From: Octopus sinensis
Lineage: Eukaryota
Reading direction: 5' to 3'
NCBI RefSeq assembly: GCF_006345805.1
Contig: NC_042997.1
Span: 79,794,001-79,858,000 of the forward strand
DNA: 64,000 bases
The translations under genes and the position numbers were made by a program. How positions within the stretch are numbered: position 1 is the stretch's first letter; every line of letters starts with the position of its first letter. Under the pieces are notes generated by a model, which saw only the letters and a program-made list of their open reading frames with translations, was not told where the DNA came from and did no database searches. Shown in pieces: positions 35,681 to 48,829 of this stretch.

Positions 35681-38542
35681 CATTAGACAACAAAAAAAAT
35701 TTTTGAAATGGTGTTGAGACACCAAACATCTTTTTTTTAGCTAATTTGAGAGTGCTGAATCTGAAAATGACCTTACTTTTTCTTCATTAGCTACAGTTTT
35801 TGCTGTATAGAAATTCCTGAGTTTTGGGGGAAAAAATGCATTTTTTTCATTTGTTTTCTGTATATGTGATATTGATTGATGGCAATATTTCTCAAAGCAA
35901 AATCGTAGAAATCTCTCAATTCATATTTAAACCAACAAATATTGGTCTGCTTATTGAGAAATACTATTTTTGCAATAACAATCAGACCCTAAATCTTTAA
36001 AAATAACATGATTGAATATATCAAGACCAACATCAAATCATTAAATAAACTAACAGTAGAAATAAAACCTTCATGAACATAAAAACTATGGTAAAAACTT
36101 TCTCTTTCTTGATTGTCTGTCATGTTCAATGTTATTTAAGTCCCTTTTGATACTCCAGCTGTTGTCAGCCATCATTCATTTGTCCCACAGTCTCTGGTAG
36201 CACTCTTCCATTGTTTTGATATTCTGATGGAATCGTTCTTCTTACTCATCACTCACAATGCAGCATTTATCCAGGAATTGAACCTTAATAATCATATTAG
36301 TGCCTAGGTCCTGTAGACTTTTCAACAACTTTTCCACTAACTTCTTGTAGTTTTCAGCCCAGTGATTGCCTAAGAAGTTTTTCACCATGTCAACAAATGA
36401 TGTCCAAGTGTGTAATTCCAAGTCATTCATTGAATTAACAAATTCATCATCCTTAATGAGTTTCCTGATATCAGGACCATCAAACACTCCTGTTTTGAGT
36501 TTTTCAGTGCTAAGTCCTGGAAACGATTTACATATATACTCAAAGCATTTACTTTCTTTGTCAAGTGATTTTACATACTGTTTCATTAATCCCAATTTGA
36601 TATGGAAGGGAGGGAAGATGATTTTTTCTTTCAGAACTAGCACTGCACAAATAACGTTCTTTTCACTGACCTTCAACTCTGAGGTGGCTAATCTTTCCTT
36701 TTCAAGTGCTTTTCTTTTGCTCTTCTGTCCCACATACACCAAAAACATGGAAATTTCATGTAGCCACTTTGTTGACCAAGCAGGAAATTTACCATTTTCA
36801 AATCAACTCATAACACCCATTTATGTTTGGTGTAGTCAATCTGTTCCATAACCTGTTTGATGGCATCATGTTTTTCTTTCAGTGTTGTTGAATGACCTAT
36901 AGGTATTGGCGCATACATGTTGGTATTATGGAGCAAAACACATTTTAAACTACATTCTGAACTATCAATGAACAACCTTCATTCATCAGGATCATATTTG
37001 TGAATGTCTAGTCAAAGAAGAACACTCTCAACATCAATGCAATGAACAAGATCTATGTTCTCATTAAAGAATGGTACAAATTCAGCATCCCTATTTCGAT
37101 AGAATGTTACCTTTGTGCCTTTTGCTAACAGGTGTTTTTCACTGAGCCTAGAGGTCAAAAGTTCTGCCAATTCTCTGCTTAGATTTAAGTTGCAAACCAA
37201 ATCATTCAGCTCATTTTGGTTAAACAGCTCTGGCACAGTTTCGGGAACATAGTCAGGATCGTTTTTGCTGTGTCTCTCATTTACATCAGTATCAGACTTA
37301 TTACTTTCAACAAGTTTCAACAAATTTTCATGAAAAACTGGGATCAGCAAATCATCTGAATGCAGCACTGGTCGAATAGCGGAATGAAGACTGGGGTAGT
37401 CAACAGATCTGCGTTTCTTTTGGTTCAGTCCCACAACACTGACTGAGCAGAAGTAACATTCATCAGAGTGGTTCTTTGGCTCAAGCCAGATCATAGGAAT
37501 AGCGAACCTCAGTGATTTTCAGGTACCTGAAGTCCTCTCATGTGTTCCAAACATGTCTTGCAAACAATGTGAAAGGCTCATGGTTTGTCCTGATCACAAA
37601 GCTTGACGTGAAAGTAAGCACAATAGGCTTTCTTGTAAAAGTCAGATATCTGTTTCCTGTTGGCTTTTGGTGTGAACTCACTGCATGTATAGCAAAATAA
37701 GTTGGGATCATTTTTGCATCCTCTCGTTGAAGCCATGTCAATTGATGTCTATCTCTATGATTAAAAAAAGAACATGAGCTGGTTGAGCATTTACATTACA
37801 CTTTGCATGTTCACATTTAGGTAATTTGATGTTTCCTAATGTCCTATGGAAAGACTTGTAAAACTGTCAATAGCAAAAGACAGAAAGGGTTATTACGCTG
37901 ATTCTACTTTGTATCTTCATAATCCCACGTGGAGGGCAGATGTTATGGTGAAACCATTTTCATGATGTTCATCTTGTACACTGGAATAGGTGCATTCATT
38001 TGGGATGTCTTTAGTTGGAGTTTTTTTCCAACTGTAAAAACAATAGCTCTAATGTGCTTGGTTTCCTTCCATATTGAAAGAATAAAAGAGATGAGATAAA
38101 TTCACGAATATCAAACAGAAAATTTTTGAGTTTCATTTTTTTGAGGTCACCTTAATTATCAGGTTTACTAAAGTGTATTACTGATAAAGTTTATCAGTTA
38201 ATTTGAAATGTGGCAATAAATTGGAAAAATTTGGTACTTTTATTTTAAAAGTTCTGACTCAAAAACACTTTTTTTCTTATAAAAATAGTTCATTATTTCA
38301 GGTGGCTGACATAAATTGCTCAGCCTACCTGAAAATTCATAGGTTTCTACTACCTTTTTTAACTAAATTTTGTGATCAGCCAAGGTCGTAAATTGATTAT
38401 TTTTCCCCAAAAATGAGCAATTTCAGTACAGCAAAAATTGTAGCTAACCATGAAAAACTAAGGTCATTTTAGGAATCAGCACCATCAAATTAGCTAGAAA
38501 ATGTATTTTGTTTCTTGGCACCAAAAATCGTGTTGACCAGTG
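35681..38542 (-). mobile_element. Chapaev3-like (CMC) DNA transposon, decayed
   Basis: Termini CATTAGACAACA / TGTTGACCAGTG with TAA on both flanks (3-bp TSD). Subterminal inverted repeat tagctaatttg..gtgctga..aaatgacctta. Transposase pieces MIWLEPKNHSDECYFC (37012-37494) and PPFHIKLGLMKQYVK..GVFDGPDIRKL..NFLGN..VSDE (36242-36748). The family assignment is from recall. Confidence 0.7.
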
Positions 38543-39059
38543 TAATATAATATAAAATGATTGACTCTTCAGATGATAGACCAACATTATGACTGCACCA
38601 GCTGAGAATTTCATGTCAAATGTTCATAATATTAAATCAAATTCATTTTTGCTTGAAGAACAAAACAATGTTCCTCTCAGTCCTATCCTACCTAGTGTAG
38701 GTGTCCTGAAAAAAATACACTCAGTATTTTCTGTAAAACGGCTGTGTTAGGATGGACATCCCATATTAGAAACCAGACCAAAAATGAAACTTACAACCAA
38801 GACGTGGTCCCTTGATCTGTCTAGAACATAAATTACCCATCAAACCCATACCAGCCTGGAAACAGGACATAAAATGATGACAGTGACAAATGATGAATGT
38901 CAGTTGTAGAATAAATAAGCTGATATTGTTGCTTCTATTGACATTTCCAGCAAGTTAGGGGAATTTTTTTAAAATGTTATGGAATAATCTAATCTAATAC
39001 AATAATTAGCTTGTATACTTTAATGGATGCACTCCATACTCCACAGCAGAAATGTTAAG

Positions 39060-39322
39060 ACACCCTGGTGGTGAAGATTGACCTGCAAGAGTCCTGCGTA
39101 AGTGCCACATAAAAAGCACTCGTGGAAGTGCCATGTAAAAGCACCCATGCAGTGCTACATAAAAGCATCCAGCACACTCTGTAAAGTGGTTGGCATTAGG
39201 AAGGGCACCCAGCTGTAGAAACCATGCCCAAATCACACTGGAGTCTGAAGCAGCTCCCCAGCTTTGGTCAAACCATCCAGCCCATGCCAGCATGGACAAC
39301 GGACGTTAAATGATGATGATGT
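39060..39322 (+). mobile_element. RTE-LINE 3' UTR fragment with (GAT)n tail
   Basis: aaaagcac repeats, ggcattaggaagggcacccagctgtag, cggacgttaaatgatgatgatg. Confidence 0.7.
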
Positions 39323-39686
39323 TATAGAATGACAGAAAGTCAAATCAGGGTCAATCACTTCATTTCTTATCACATGCACATCCTGGAACCATTTTCAAAA
39401 CATTTACCTATCATTGACTTAGTTCATCTAACTTTACACAAGTTCTTGCTGTCTAGCCCCAGTCAGCTCTTTTAAACAGATCTATGTACATAGGTCACAG
39501 TCAGTCAACTGACTGGGTACAAACTACAAATCATTTTTTTCTGCTGCACAGTAGAATAGTATATCCACAGGATACTTATGTAATGAAACTGAAATACTTG
39601 AGCCAACAATATATACTACATCTTCCTCTATTTGTGCAGTCCAGCATGCAGTAGTTTGTTGTATGAGATGCAGTGTGACAGTTTAA

Positions 39687-39905
39687 CCCTTTAGCATTTT
39701 AAACCAGCCATACCAGACCAAAATATTCTACCCATTTTATGTTCAAACTGGCCATGTCCAGCCTCTCACACCTACCCTACAATATCATTCTAAAAATAAA
39801 TGGTCAGTCACTGGAATTTCAAAACTACAAGATAATGCATGATTAACTAAAACAATGTGAATAAATAAGCAATGCATTTAATGGAGTAATCTGAATGCTA
39901 GAGGG
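39687..39905. mobile_element. piggyBac-like MITE
   Basis: TTAA|CCCTTTAGCATT ... AATGCTAGAGGG|TTAA: TIRs with one mismatch and a TTAA TSD. Confidence 0.8.
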
Positions 39906-40131
39906 TTAAGCAGGCTATATTTCTTCAGCTGTTCTTTCTGTTCCTGGAGGAAACTAAGGTGGACTGCATTGGAGAAAGATATTTGTGCTTTTCAGCAAAG
40001 GCACATGTGTGGCTGTGTGGTAAGAAGCTTGCTTCCCACTGCATAGCAACTTGAGCAAATGTCTTCTACTATAGCCTTGGGCCAACTAAACCTTGTGGGT
40101 GAATTTGGGAGACAGAAAATGAAAGAAGCCC

Positions 40132-40171
<40 letters not shown>

Positions 40172-40172
<1 letters not shown>

Positions 40173-40685
40173 TAGCAGTATCGCCCGGCGTTGCTCGGGT
40201 TTGTAAGGGAAATAACTATATAAGCATTTTTAGAGAGTTACTTCCTTTATAGATGCCAATTCGGGCTTTCTTAGCCATTTCTGTTTTGGTGTCTTCAAGC
40301 CATGAAGTCGTTGTTCTAAAAGAACGCTGGTCTCCTTGACAACGCATTACGACGTTGATTTCCTTAAACTCCCTTCCCCACAGCTTCACGAGGGAGGGAA
40401 GAAGGGGGAGAAGCAAACACAGGTGCAGGTGTTTGAGCGTGGACGCTAACTCCGCTGCCATCGACACACGAAAAATTATGCATTAAAATGGAATAAAAAA
40501 TTATGTTAAATTATTTTTTAAATTGTAGACTCATTGTAGACGCGCGCTAATAGCCAGATGGGCTTGATATTAATCACGACTATAAGATAACCGAATTTGG
40601 TTAAACTGCACCGCAAAATGTGGGAGTTAGGAATCTAAATCGTAGGAGACAGACACTCACACAACTACAGTTTTATATATATAGA
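40172..40685 (-). mobile_element. Non-autonomous Helitron (same family as 21800-22704)
   Basis: actagcagtatcgcccggcgttgctcggg is the reverse complement of the 3' hairpin+CTAG; the far end is the reverse complement of TC-tatatataaaa. Confidence 0.75.
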
Positions 40686-43600
40686 TATATATATTTGTAT
40701 ATATTTATGTGTGTCTGTGTCTGTGTTTGTCACCCCACCATTGCTTGACTTAGTAGTTTGGCAAAAGAGACCAATAGAATAAGTACTAGGCTTACAAAGA
40801 ATAAGTTCCGGGACTGATTTCTTTGATTAAAATCCTTTAAGGTGGTGTTCCAGCATGGCTGCAGTCACATGACTGAAACAAGTAAAAGAAAAGAATAAAA
40901 GGATAGTAACAAAGGCTAATGAATTTATTGGTGATGCTGCAAGTTTGTGTTTGTTTAGACTGAATAAAATGGATGGAATACTTGGGGTAATGAGGATGAT
41001 TGAATATGTAATGACAAAGTTTATATTGGTCAACCTTGATGTGGAAACTCCACAAATCCAAATGGCCTTAATTTTGAGTAGAGTATGATTCATGGGAGAT
41101 TTGGCTGCTGTTTCTTGATGATCAAGCAACTGCACTGAGTCTACCTCATGTCTTTGTGTTACTTGTGTGTACCCTTAAAAAAATTTTTTTTTCATGTTTT
41201 CAATGTTTAATGAATATTTTAGATTTGTTATAGATTGATTTTTTTTTAATGTCTGTCTTCCATATATGTCGTATGTCTACATTCTTAAATGTAATGCCTG
41301 GTTGTGCTTTCATGTTGCAAGTGAAGTAGGCCACTGCTATTTTTAGTTTACTTATGTAGAGCCAAGTTTCTAGGTGGTTGATATAGATTTGAAGTTATTG
41401 TGCAAGAATTTTTAGGCTATGGTGGGCTAAGGTAAATGTATTGTTGTCTGTGTATATGTTTCATAAGGTAAAACAAGCTACATAAATGTAAGTTAAAATG
41501 AACAGGTGAAAGGATGAATCCTTGCTTTAATTAGATTCTTTATATATTGTTGTACACTACATAAGCTTTTCTGTCTATGACCATTTTCACTTTTTTCTTT
41601 TTTTTAAGGACATGTTTAATATTTTGTGTAATAGTGATTGCAGGGAAATAAGTTGAAAGATTATTAATAGATTGGGATATTTTCCTACTTTATTTTACAT
41701 TATAATCAGTCTTCATTCTCAAAAAATCTATATATTCTATAGTCATCTAAGATCAATAGTAACATTTAATTTGTTTCTCTAATGAAGTCTAATTAGATAG
41801 AAACATGTCCTCATATTTAATTGTAATTAATTAAAAGATTTTCTCTTCTAAAATGTGACCCTTCTACAGCAGAAAAATTTTGGTCTGGCCTTTTCTCTCA
41901 TACTTTAATCTCTTTATCTCTAAGCATGAAGCCAACTCCCTTGGAGTTTGTAGACCTGTAAGCTGCATGTTGACTTCACTAGTGCTGGTGGCATGAAAAA
42001 AGTACCCAATACCCACTGTAAAGTGATTGGCATCTGGAAGGAACCCAGTGGGAGAAACTGTGCCAAAGTAGACTATAGAGCATGATGCATTCCTAGGACT
42101 TATCAAACCATTCAGTCCATGTTGGTATGAAACTAGATGTTAAATGATGATGATGATGATGACCTTCCCTTACTATGTCAAGTATGATAGCACCAGCATT
42201 TTGCTATGATAATAGTTAGGAGTGGGTGGCTATAAGATGGTTTTAACTAAGCATTGTGGGGTGGTATATACAGCATAACTTTTTGCTCAGAGTTCAAATC
42301 TTTCCATGAGTGTGGTATTAAAATAAATGGGCGTGCCAATTTGATTAATGTTTGAGAAACACTTCAGAGAAAAATTTGTACTTGTATTTCAAAGAGCCTG
42401 CCTCATCACATTCAGTGTCAAGCTGAATCTCGCTCAGAACTATGTTAAGGGTATGTGTGTCTGTGGAGTACTAGGCCACTAGCAAATTAATTACATAAGC
42501 AGGCTGTTCCATCAATCGGATCAACTGGAAATGCATCATTATAACTGACAGAGTGCCAGTTAAGAGCACTGAAAAAAATACTTTGCATTATCTCTTCAGA
42601 CTCTTTACATTCTGAGTTCAAGTCCAGCTGAGGTCAGCTTTGCTTTTCATCTTTTCAGGGTTGATAAAATGAAGTACCAATCTAAGAATAGGACACAATG
42701 GTATCAACTAACCCACTTCCTTAAAAATGGCTGGCCTTGTGTCAAATCAGAAACCATTATTATTTTTGTTATTATTATTATTATTATTGACGAAGGGCAA
42801 AGCAACACATTATTTAGTTTAATCCCTTCATGTTATTAGTTTAAATCCTGCTGTAGTCGACATTACCCTCCATTCATCTATTTAGGGTTAATTTACACCT
42901 TTACATCAAAAATTTGATTCAGTCATCTGGTTCCTTTCCCTACAAATTTATGGTCTTATTTCAAAATTAAAAATTATTATTATTATTATCATCACTATTA
43001 TTATTATATTGAGGTATATGTTTACAATAAATAGAATTACAGAATAAGCAGAGCATTTAATTTTCTGTGTTCTAGTTGCATCCTATTCAACTATTGATAT
43101 TATGTTGTTTAGGACTTTGGAAATTCCTTAGTGGAGAAAAGAGAAACATTTGAATATGTTTGGTAACAATCATTAATTCCATTACAGCTCTAACCTTTAG
43201 GCATTGAAACGTTCATTTGAGGAATTTACTGCATTATCGGAAATATTTGCCTTAAAGCTTTGTCTTTTACAATAGATTAGAGAAGATACACTTTTGTTGG
43301 TCTAAATAGAATTTGGTATCTGCCGGAGCATGGCAAAATATTGAGAGCCTTAATCCATTTATGAATAACTCCACCTACAATTATCCCAACATTCTTTCTT
43401 TAGATGACTGCTTGAGCTTCAATGAAACGAATCATAATTATGCCAATACCAGACTGTTCTCAGGAATAACATCACATCCTTTCAACAGGGAAGCATAAAA
43501 TTGATCTTCGCTGTGCTGACTTTTATGTAGTCAGGTTACACCCTACCAACCCTCTGAACTGGCAGTAAATCCTGGTACTTTAATTCTTCTTGAGTAATGA

Positions 43601-45316
43601 GTTTTGATCTGTTAAATCTAATAACCATTACACAGAAATGGAATGTCATTGTATTGTATTTTGTTACAGAATTGAATGATAACATAATTTTTGTAATTTA
43701 ATAAATAATGGTAAGAAAACTAAGTTGTGAATTCTAGTCTCTGAAAAGTTTGACAATAACTGGATATATTCTATAGTGGTCTCACTTTTCTAATAACAGC
43801 CCTATAGTTCACAGTAAAGAGGTGTATTTAACTAGTGTGCAAGTAGTTAAGCTATATGGATGACCAAAAAAGAAAAATCAATACATCTTAACTGTCAGTT
43901 TATATTGTATCTGACGAAAAGAACCAAAAATAATTTTGTGAGAAACTCTTTTTTAACAAAAGCAAAAATAAAAATACTCTTACTAACACAAACCACCATT
44001 ATAGACTGCCTAACATAAATTTCCCTTTTTACACATTCTAATAAACATTTTATTTACCAGTATATTTCTCCTTTATTCAGTGTTATTTATAAAAGTACCT
44101 ATGTAAGTTAAAGAGGACTGTTTTTTAAAGTATAAATGTATTTGATGATTTTACAAAAATGTTTAATTGTCAACTTATGCAGTTGCTCTTTAAATGAAGC
44201 ATGTGTTTGTTGTTGTGTAAGCAGGTGACACACAATCTAATGAAGCCCGCTTGTCCATGGAAACAATCAGTTAGCTATGTCAGAGTATGTTTAATACTAC
44301 CTGTCTGTCCCAGCTACTAAAAGTGACAAATGGTACACACCTTAGGCTAAATAGCTGACTTGGAAATAGCTTTAAACTAGCAAAATTAGAGACTTGCTCC
44401 AGGCGGAAAATATCACTTTGGTTAGCAGGGTGGAGGGGAAGTAGGGTTGGTTGGTTGTTGCTTTGTTATTTTATCCACATACAGTTAAAGCTATAGTTGT
44501 GATTGAATTGCAAATATTTATATAATATGAAGGAAATGACTAATAAAAAATAACATTTATTTTTTTTCTACAGTTATTTACTCATATCTTAAGCATTGAA
44601 CAGAAGCTAGAGATGTTTCTCTGAGAGATCTCTAAATTATGAAATTCTATTGTATTCAACAATTTCCTTTATTATTCAAACTAAACATATTTTCCCATTG
44701 ACTTGAGATCAAAATGAAGAAACAATTATTGTAAAAGAAAAAAATAAGCAAAACAAAATTCATATAGTTTTTATCTCTCACACACCTACACAATCATATA
44801 CTTTCTATGTTCATGATGGACTAGCACAACAGTTGCTTATAACATATCTCAACTCAATGTTTATTTTCAGATAGCATAACCTATCTTAATTATATCCCAT
44901 GTCCTACCTAACCTACCTCTATTTATGCTGAAAGTTTCATAATAAATTCAAATAATAAATGAATTCTAAAAATAAATGCCACAACAAAATATGTTTATTG
45001 AATATATCATAATCCTTATAATAAGAGACTTAAAAATAGCTCTGAATGTTATTTTAAAACAATGTTTTTGTGTTTAGGACTTTCCCAGAAAATACAATTG
45101 TGTCTTTTGTAAATGTACAGGTGTTTAACATATGCTTTTTTAATTGTTCCTCCCTCTATTCCCATTCTTTAATAATATAACTGAAGGGATAAAGTGCTGG
45201 CATTAAAATCTATAAACATTGGGTTTGCATTCTGTTGCAGATGCCATGTCGTTAGACAATCTTCTGTATTTATCATTTTCTTTTTGGAGAATAGAAAATT
45301 TTACTGGATATGGGAA

Positions 45317-46901
45317 TCTCTATATATATAAAACTGAGAATGTGTGTGTGTGTCTGTCTGTCTGTGTGTTTCCCTAAAACTTGAGAACTACACAACCAAT
45401 TTCATTCAAATTTTACACATGCCTTACTTAGGGTCCATGTAGTTTCATGGACAAAAACATGTTCAACTTCTTGCCTAGAGTGAGCCCATAGCAATATCAT
45501 ATCTTCTCCACTATTTCAGTATTACGTGTTAAAAGTGAAACAAAAACATTTCTCTATTTTATGTCAGATGCTTTCACTTTAACAATAAAAATAATAATAA
45601 CAATTGAATTATATGTAGTAAGTAATAATTAAAATCAAACTAAAGTATAATATAATTGTAACATAACAAAAGTAAAAATAGCAATTGGTATAAAATTGCA
45701 TCAATGACTTGAACTTGAATAAGTGGTTTCACATGAATGGGAATAAATTAAAAATAAAATTAGCATGCAGAAATGGAATAGTCCAGATGGAGCTGTGCTT
45801 TTACATTAGATTATCTGCTAATTAGCTAGCATTAAGTATCTATATGAAGTTTGGCTGTATGTAATATCTGGTTTCTCAAACAGTCGCTCCTACAGAGTAC
45901 TGCTGTTGGTTTATTTCTTATACATAAAGGACTAAAGCTTCAACTGCTTACTGCTTTCTGACTCATCGTAAGGTTTGTTGTTATTATCATTACTGTTTAA
46001 CTATTGTTATCACGTTTGTTGGTTCCTCGTAAAGGAAACATTGTTGTGTTGCATTTGTTAAATAATTGTAAACTGTAACCCTCCCCCTATGGGAGAAGGA
46101 GCTTTGATTATTGTTTAAAAATTGAATTGTGTCCCTGTTTGGGGAAATTGACAATATTTTCACCGTTTACATGGAAGCATTCTAGTTAGAGTGCCTTCGA
46201 TAGAAGAAAGTCCAAAAATGAATTTAGCTGCAGCCGTCGGCAGGCACGAACTCATTGAAATTAAAATGGAAGAAATACGGATTGATCACTGACAAAGACG
46301 GTGAATCTAGGATAACACCACCAAATGAAATAAAAAATTAAATTAAAGAAAAGACTATTGTCTATAAAGTATGCAATATAGAGAAAAAAAAAGATTTGAA
46401 CACCTGGAGGAAAGCACCATCAAAAAGTGTCTTGGTGAAACTATGAAAGATATCTAACCAGAGGCGGTAAATTCGCCACAATAGAAGCAAGGTTCGAGTC
46501 AACGGAGCGTGCAAGGGAGTACTCGACTCGAACCTTGCAAAGTGGAAATATTTTATTTTTACCTTTATATCTGGGACGTAGGACATCCTGTATAAAAATT
46601 TAAAATGGTCCCCCCAGAAGTAGAGGTAGGCTGGATTGTAGCCACACTTCTATACAAGAGGGAGGACAAGATACAATTGATCGAAATTGCAAGAGATGGG
46701 CCTACAATTCCAGTCTGTTATATATTTTGAGTATTGTTATCACTAGCGATATCAAGATATAACTTTGTATTTTGTATTTTATGTGTAGATGTATATATAT
46801 AGATGTACATGTAATATGTACACACATATATACACATATATATATACACATATATACGTGCACTAGCACTATGACCCGGCAACGACAGGTCATAATGCTA
46901 G
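45317..46901 (+). mobile_element. Non-autonomous Helitron, 1.6 kb, different family
   Basis: A|TCTCtatatatataaaac at the 5' end; 3' hairpin tatgacccggcaacgacaggtcata followed by CTAG|T. Confidence 0.75.
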
Positions 46902-48718
46902 TCTACAATAAAGAATAACTAAAATTCTTGAATGAAACTAATAACTTTGAAAATAAACATTAAAGAACTACCAAGTCTCTCTGGTATATTGAAATATTTC
47001 AGCAGTCATTAGACTGGCATTGAAAAGGAAAAATGGCAGTTGTACTAGCTATCAGTAAATCACTCAACACAACTTGAGTGAGGAGGGATATACTGAACAA
47101 GTTCCCTGACAAAAATACAAAATGGATAGGGCTAGAACATCTTTGATCATATACTTACTATACATCAAAGTAATTAGGTTTGATTTGACTTTAAACATAT
47201 CCTGTGATGAAACAAACCTTAGCTTAATTGCTGAAAATGCATTACCATTACCAAGTCCACATGAAAAGCTAACCTTAAACCTAATTCTGCTTGCTTTGTC
47301 TTTTTTATGGTGCCTTCAAAATGTTTATGGTGCATAGGTATAGCAAGAGATTTCATTTTAAAAAAGATGCATGTACAGGAAAAGGAATAAGGGCTTTTGT
47401 GGCATAAGCAAAGTAGAGTGGTTTCAATTATTACTCTGATTTGGGTTGCTGAACCACTTTGTTGGTAGCTGTTTTTACTGGAAAATTTTAGGGTATTTAT
47501 TCCATGCATCTTGTGTTGTAGAGAGATGATTGCTCTTACATTTCATCAAACTCATACCTCACCAAATCAATACCCTATTTAATGAATAACATACATACCT
47601 TTAATTCATGGAGTGGGGCGGGGCAAAATTAATAACTGGCATAAAATGAGTAATTTCTGATTTCTCCTTATTTTCTCCCTACCTGTTTAAAATCATTACA
47701 TTGCAAGTATTGCATCATCATTTTGTACTGTTGCTTCACCTTTGGGAATAAAAATTGGTCAGTTGAAGTCAAGAAACATAGTCAGGTGATGGGTACTTTT
47801 TTCCTCAAGAAATGTTTCTTCAACTTTGATCTGATTGTAATTGAGACTGCTAATAAAATATTTCATGAATTTTTGGTGTTTAACAATCAACTTTTTTTCC
47901 TACTGAATTCCAAGTTAATTTTTTCCCACACTAATGTTTAATTTGTTCATTTTCAAAACATGTCTAAAATGGGGAAAATAAGTATTGACTAATTTCAATA
48001 ATTTCTTCTCATTAACTGCATGGTGCATAAACATATCCAGAAGAAAGCCACTCCAGCAAATTATGAAGAAGGTATAGAGAATAACTTACACTGAGTTTTT
48101 TTTTATTTAGTCAAGATTCATTAATTTCATATCATGTGCCATTTTTCCATGATCCTCTTTCATTTGATCTAGATATTTAAAATTTTTTTTTGCATTTCTG
48201 ATGTCTAAAGATGAATATTGATGTGTATGAGTCAGTTTTCAAATGTGATTCTGAAGAACTGAAGAGGCAAATTTACCTTATCTTGGCTTTCTGGTTTTAC
48301 CCCAGCTAAATTTGTCTTTTGCATGCTCAGAAAGAACAGTGATAATTTTCTGAAAGTGTTCTGAACATGTTATTGCGTTTTTAAAGCATTTAGAGAAGTT
48401 CATTTGCTTAGCAGAAATAGCTTTTGCAATGTAGAAAACATTTGTAGAAAATATATTTTTTCTCAGTCAAAACTCCCCATTGTGCCCATCCACATATGTT
48501 TAACCTATGAGTCCATCAAAATATCTTTTAATTGGACTCACAGTCATGTGATGGATTAAACATATTAATACTCAGGCTTCTAACTTTATTTTGAGTGGCT
48601 TGACCACATTTCTACAAACTTGCTACTTACAAACACCTGACAAGATGGCCATCCACTGTACGAATCTTTAAATAATGTGCAATGGAGTCAACTGTTACTA
48701 AATATATGTGTGCATGTA

Positions 48719-48775
<57 letters not shown>

Positions 48776-48829
48776 TTTATCCTATGCTCCTTAGTCTGGG
48801 CTGACTGATAAGAATTCTATGAGGTCCTT

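Noticed and set aside
40960-41060. GWNTWGN / ICNDKVYIGQ peptides suggesting a glycosidase or GIY-YIG remnant
   Set aside because: Interrupted by stops within a few codons; too short to distinguish from chance.
43313-43498. 61-aa ORF in unique sequence as a terminal exon
   Set aside because: TTG start, no homology recognised and no upstream exons found.
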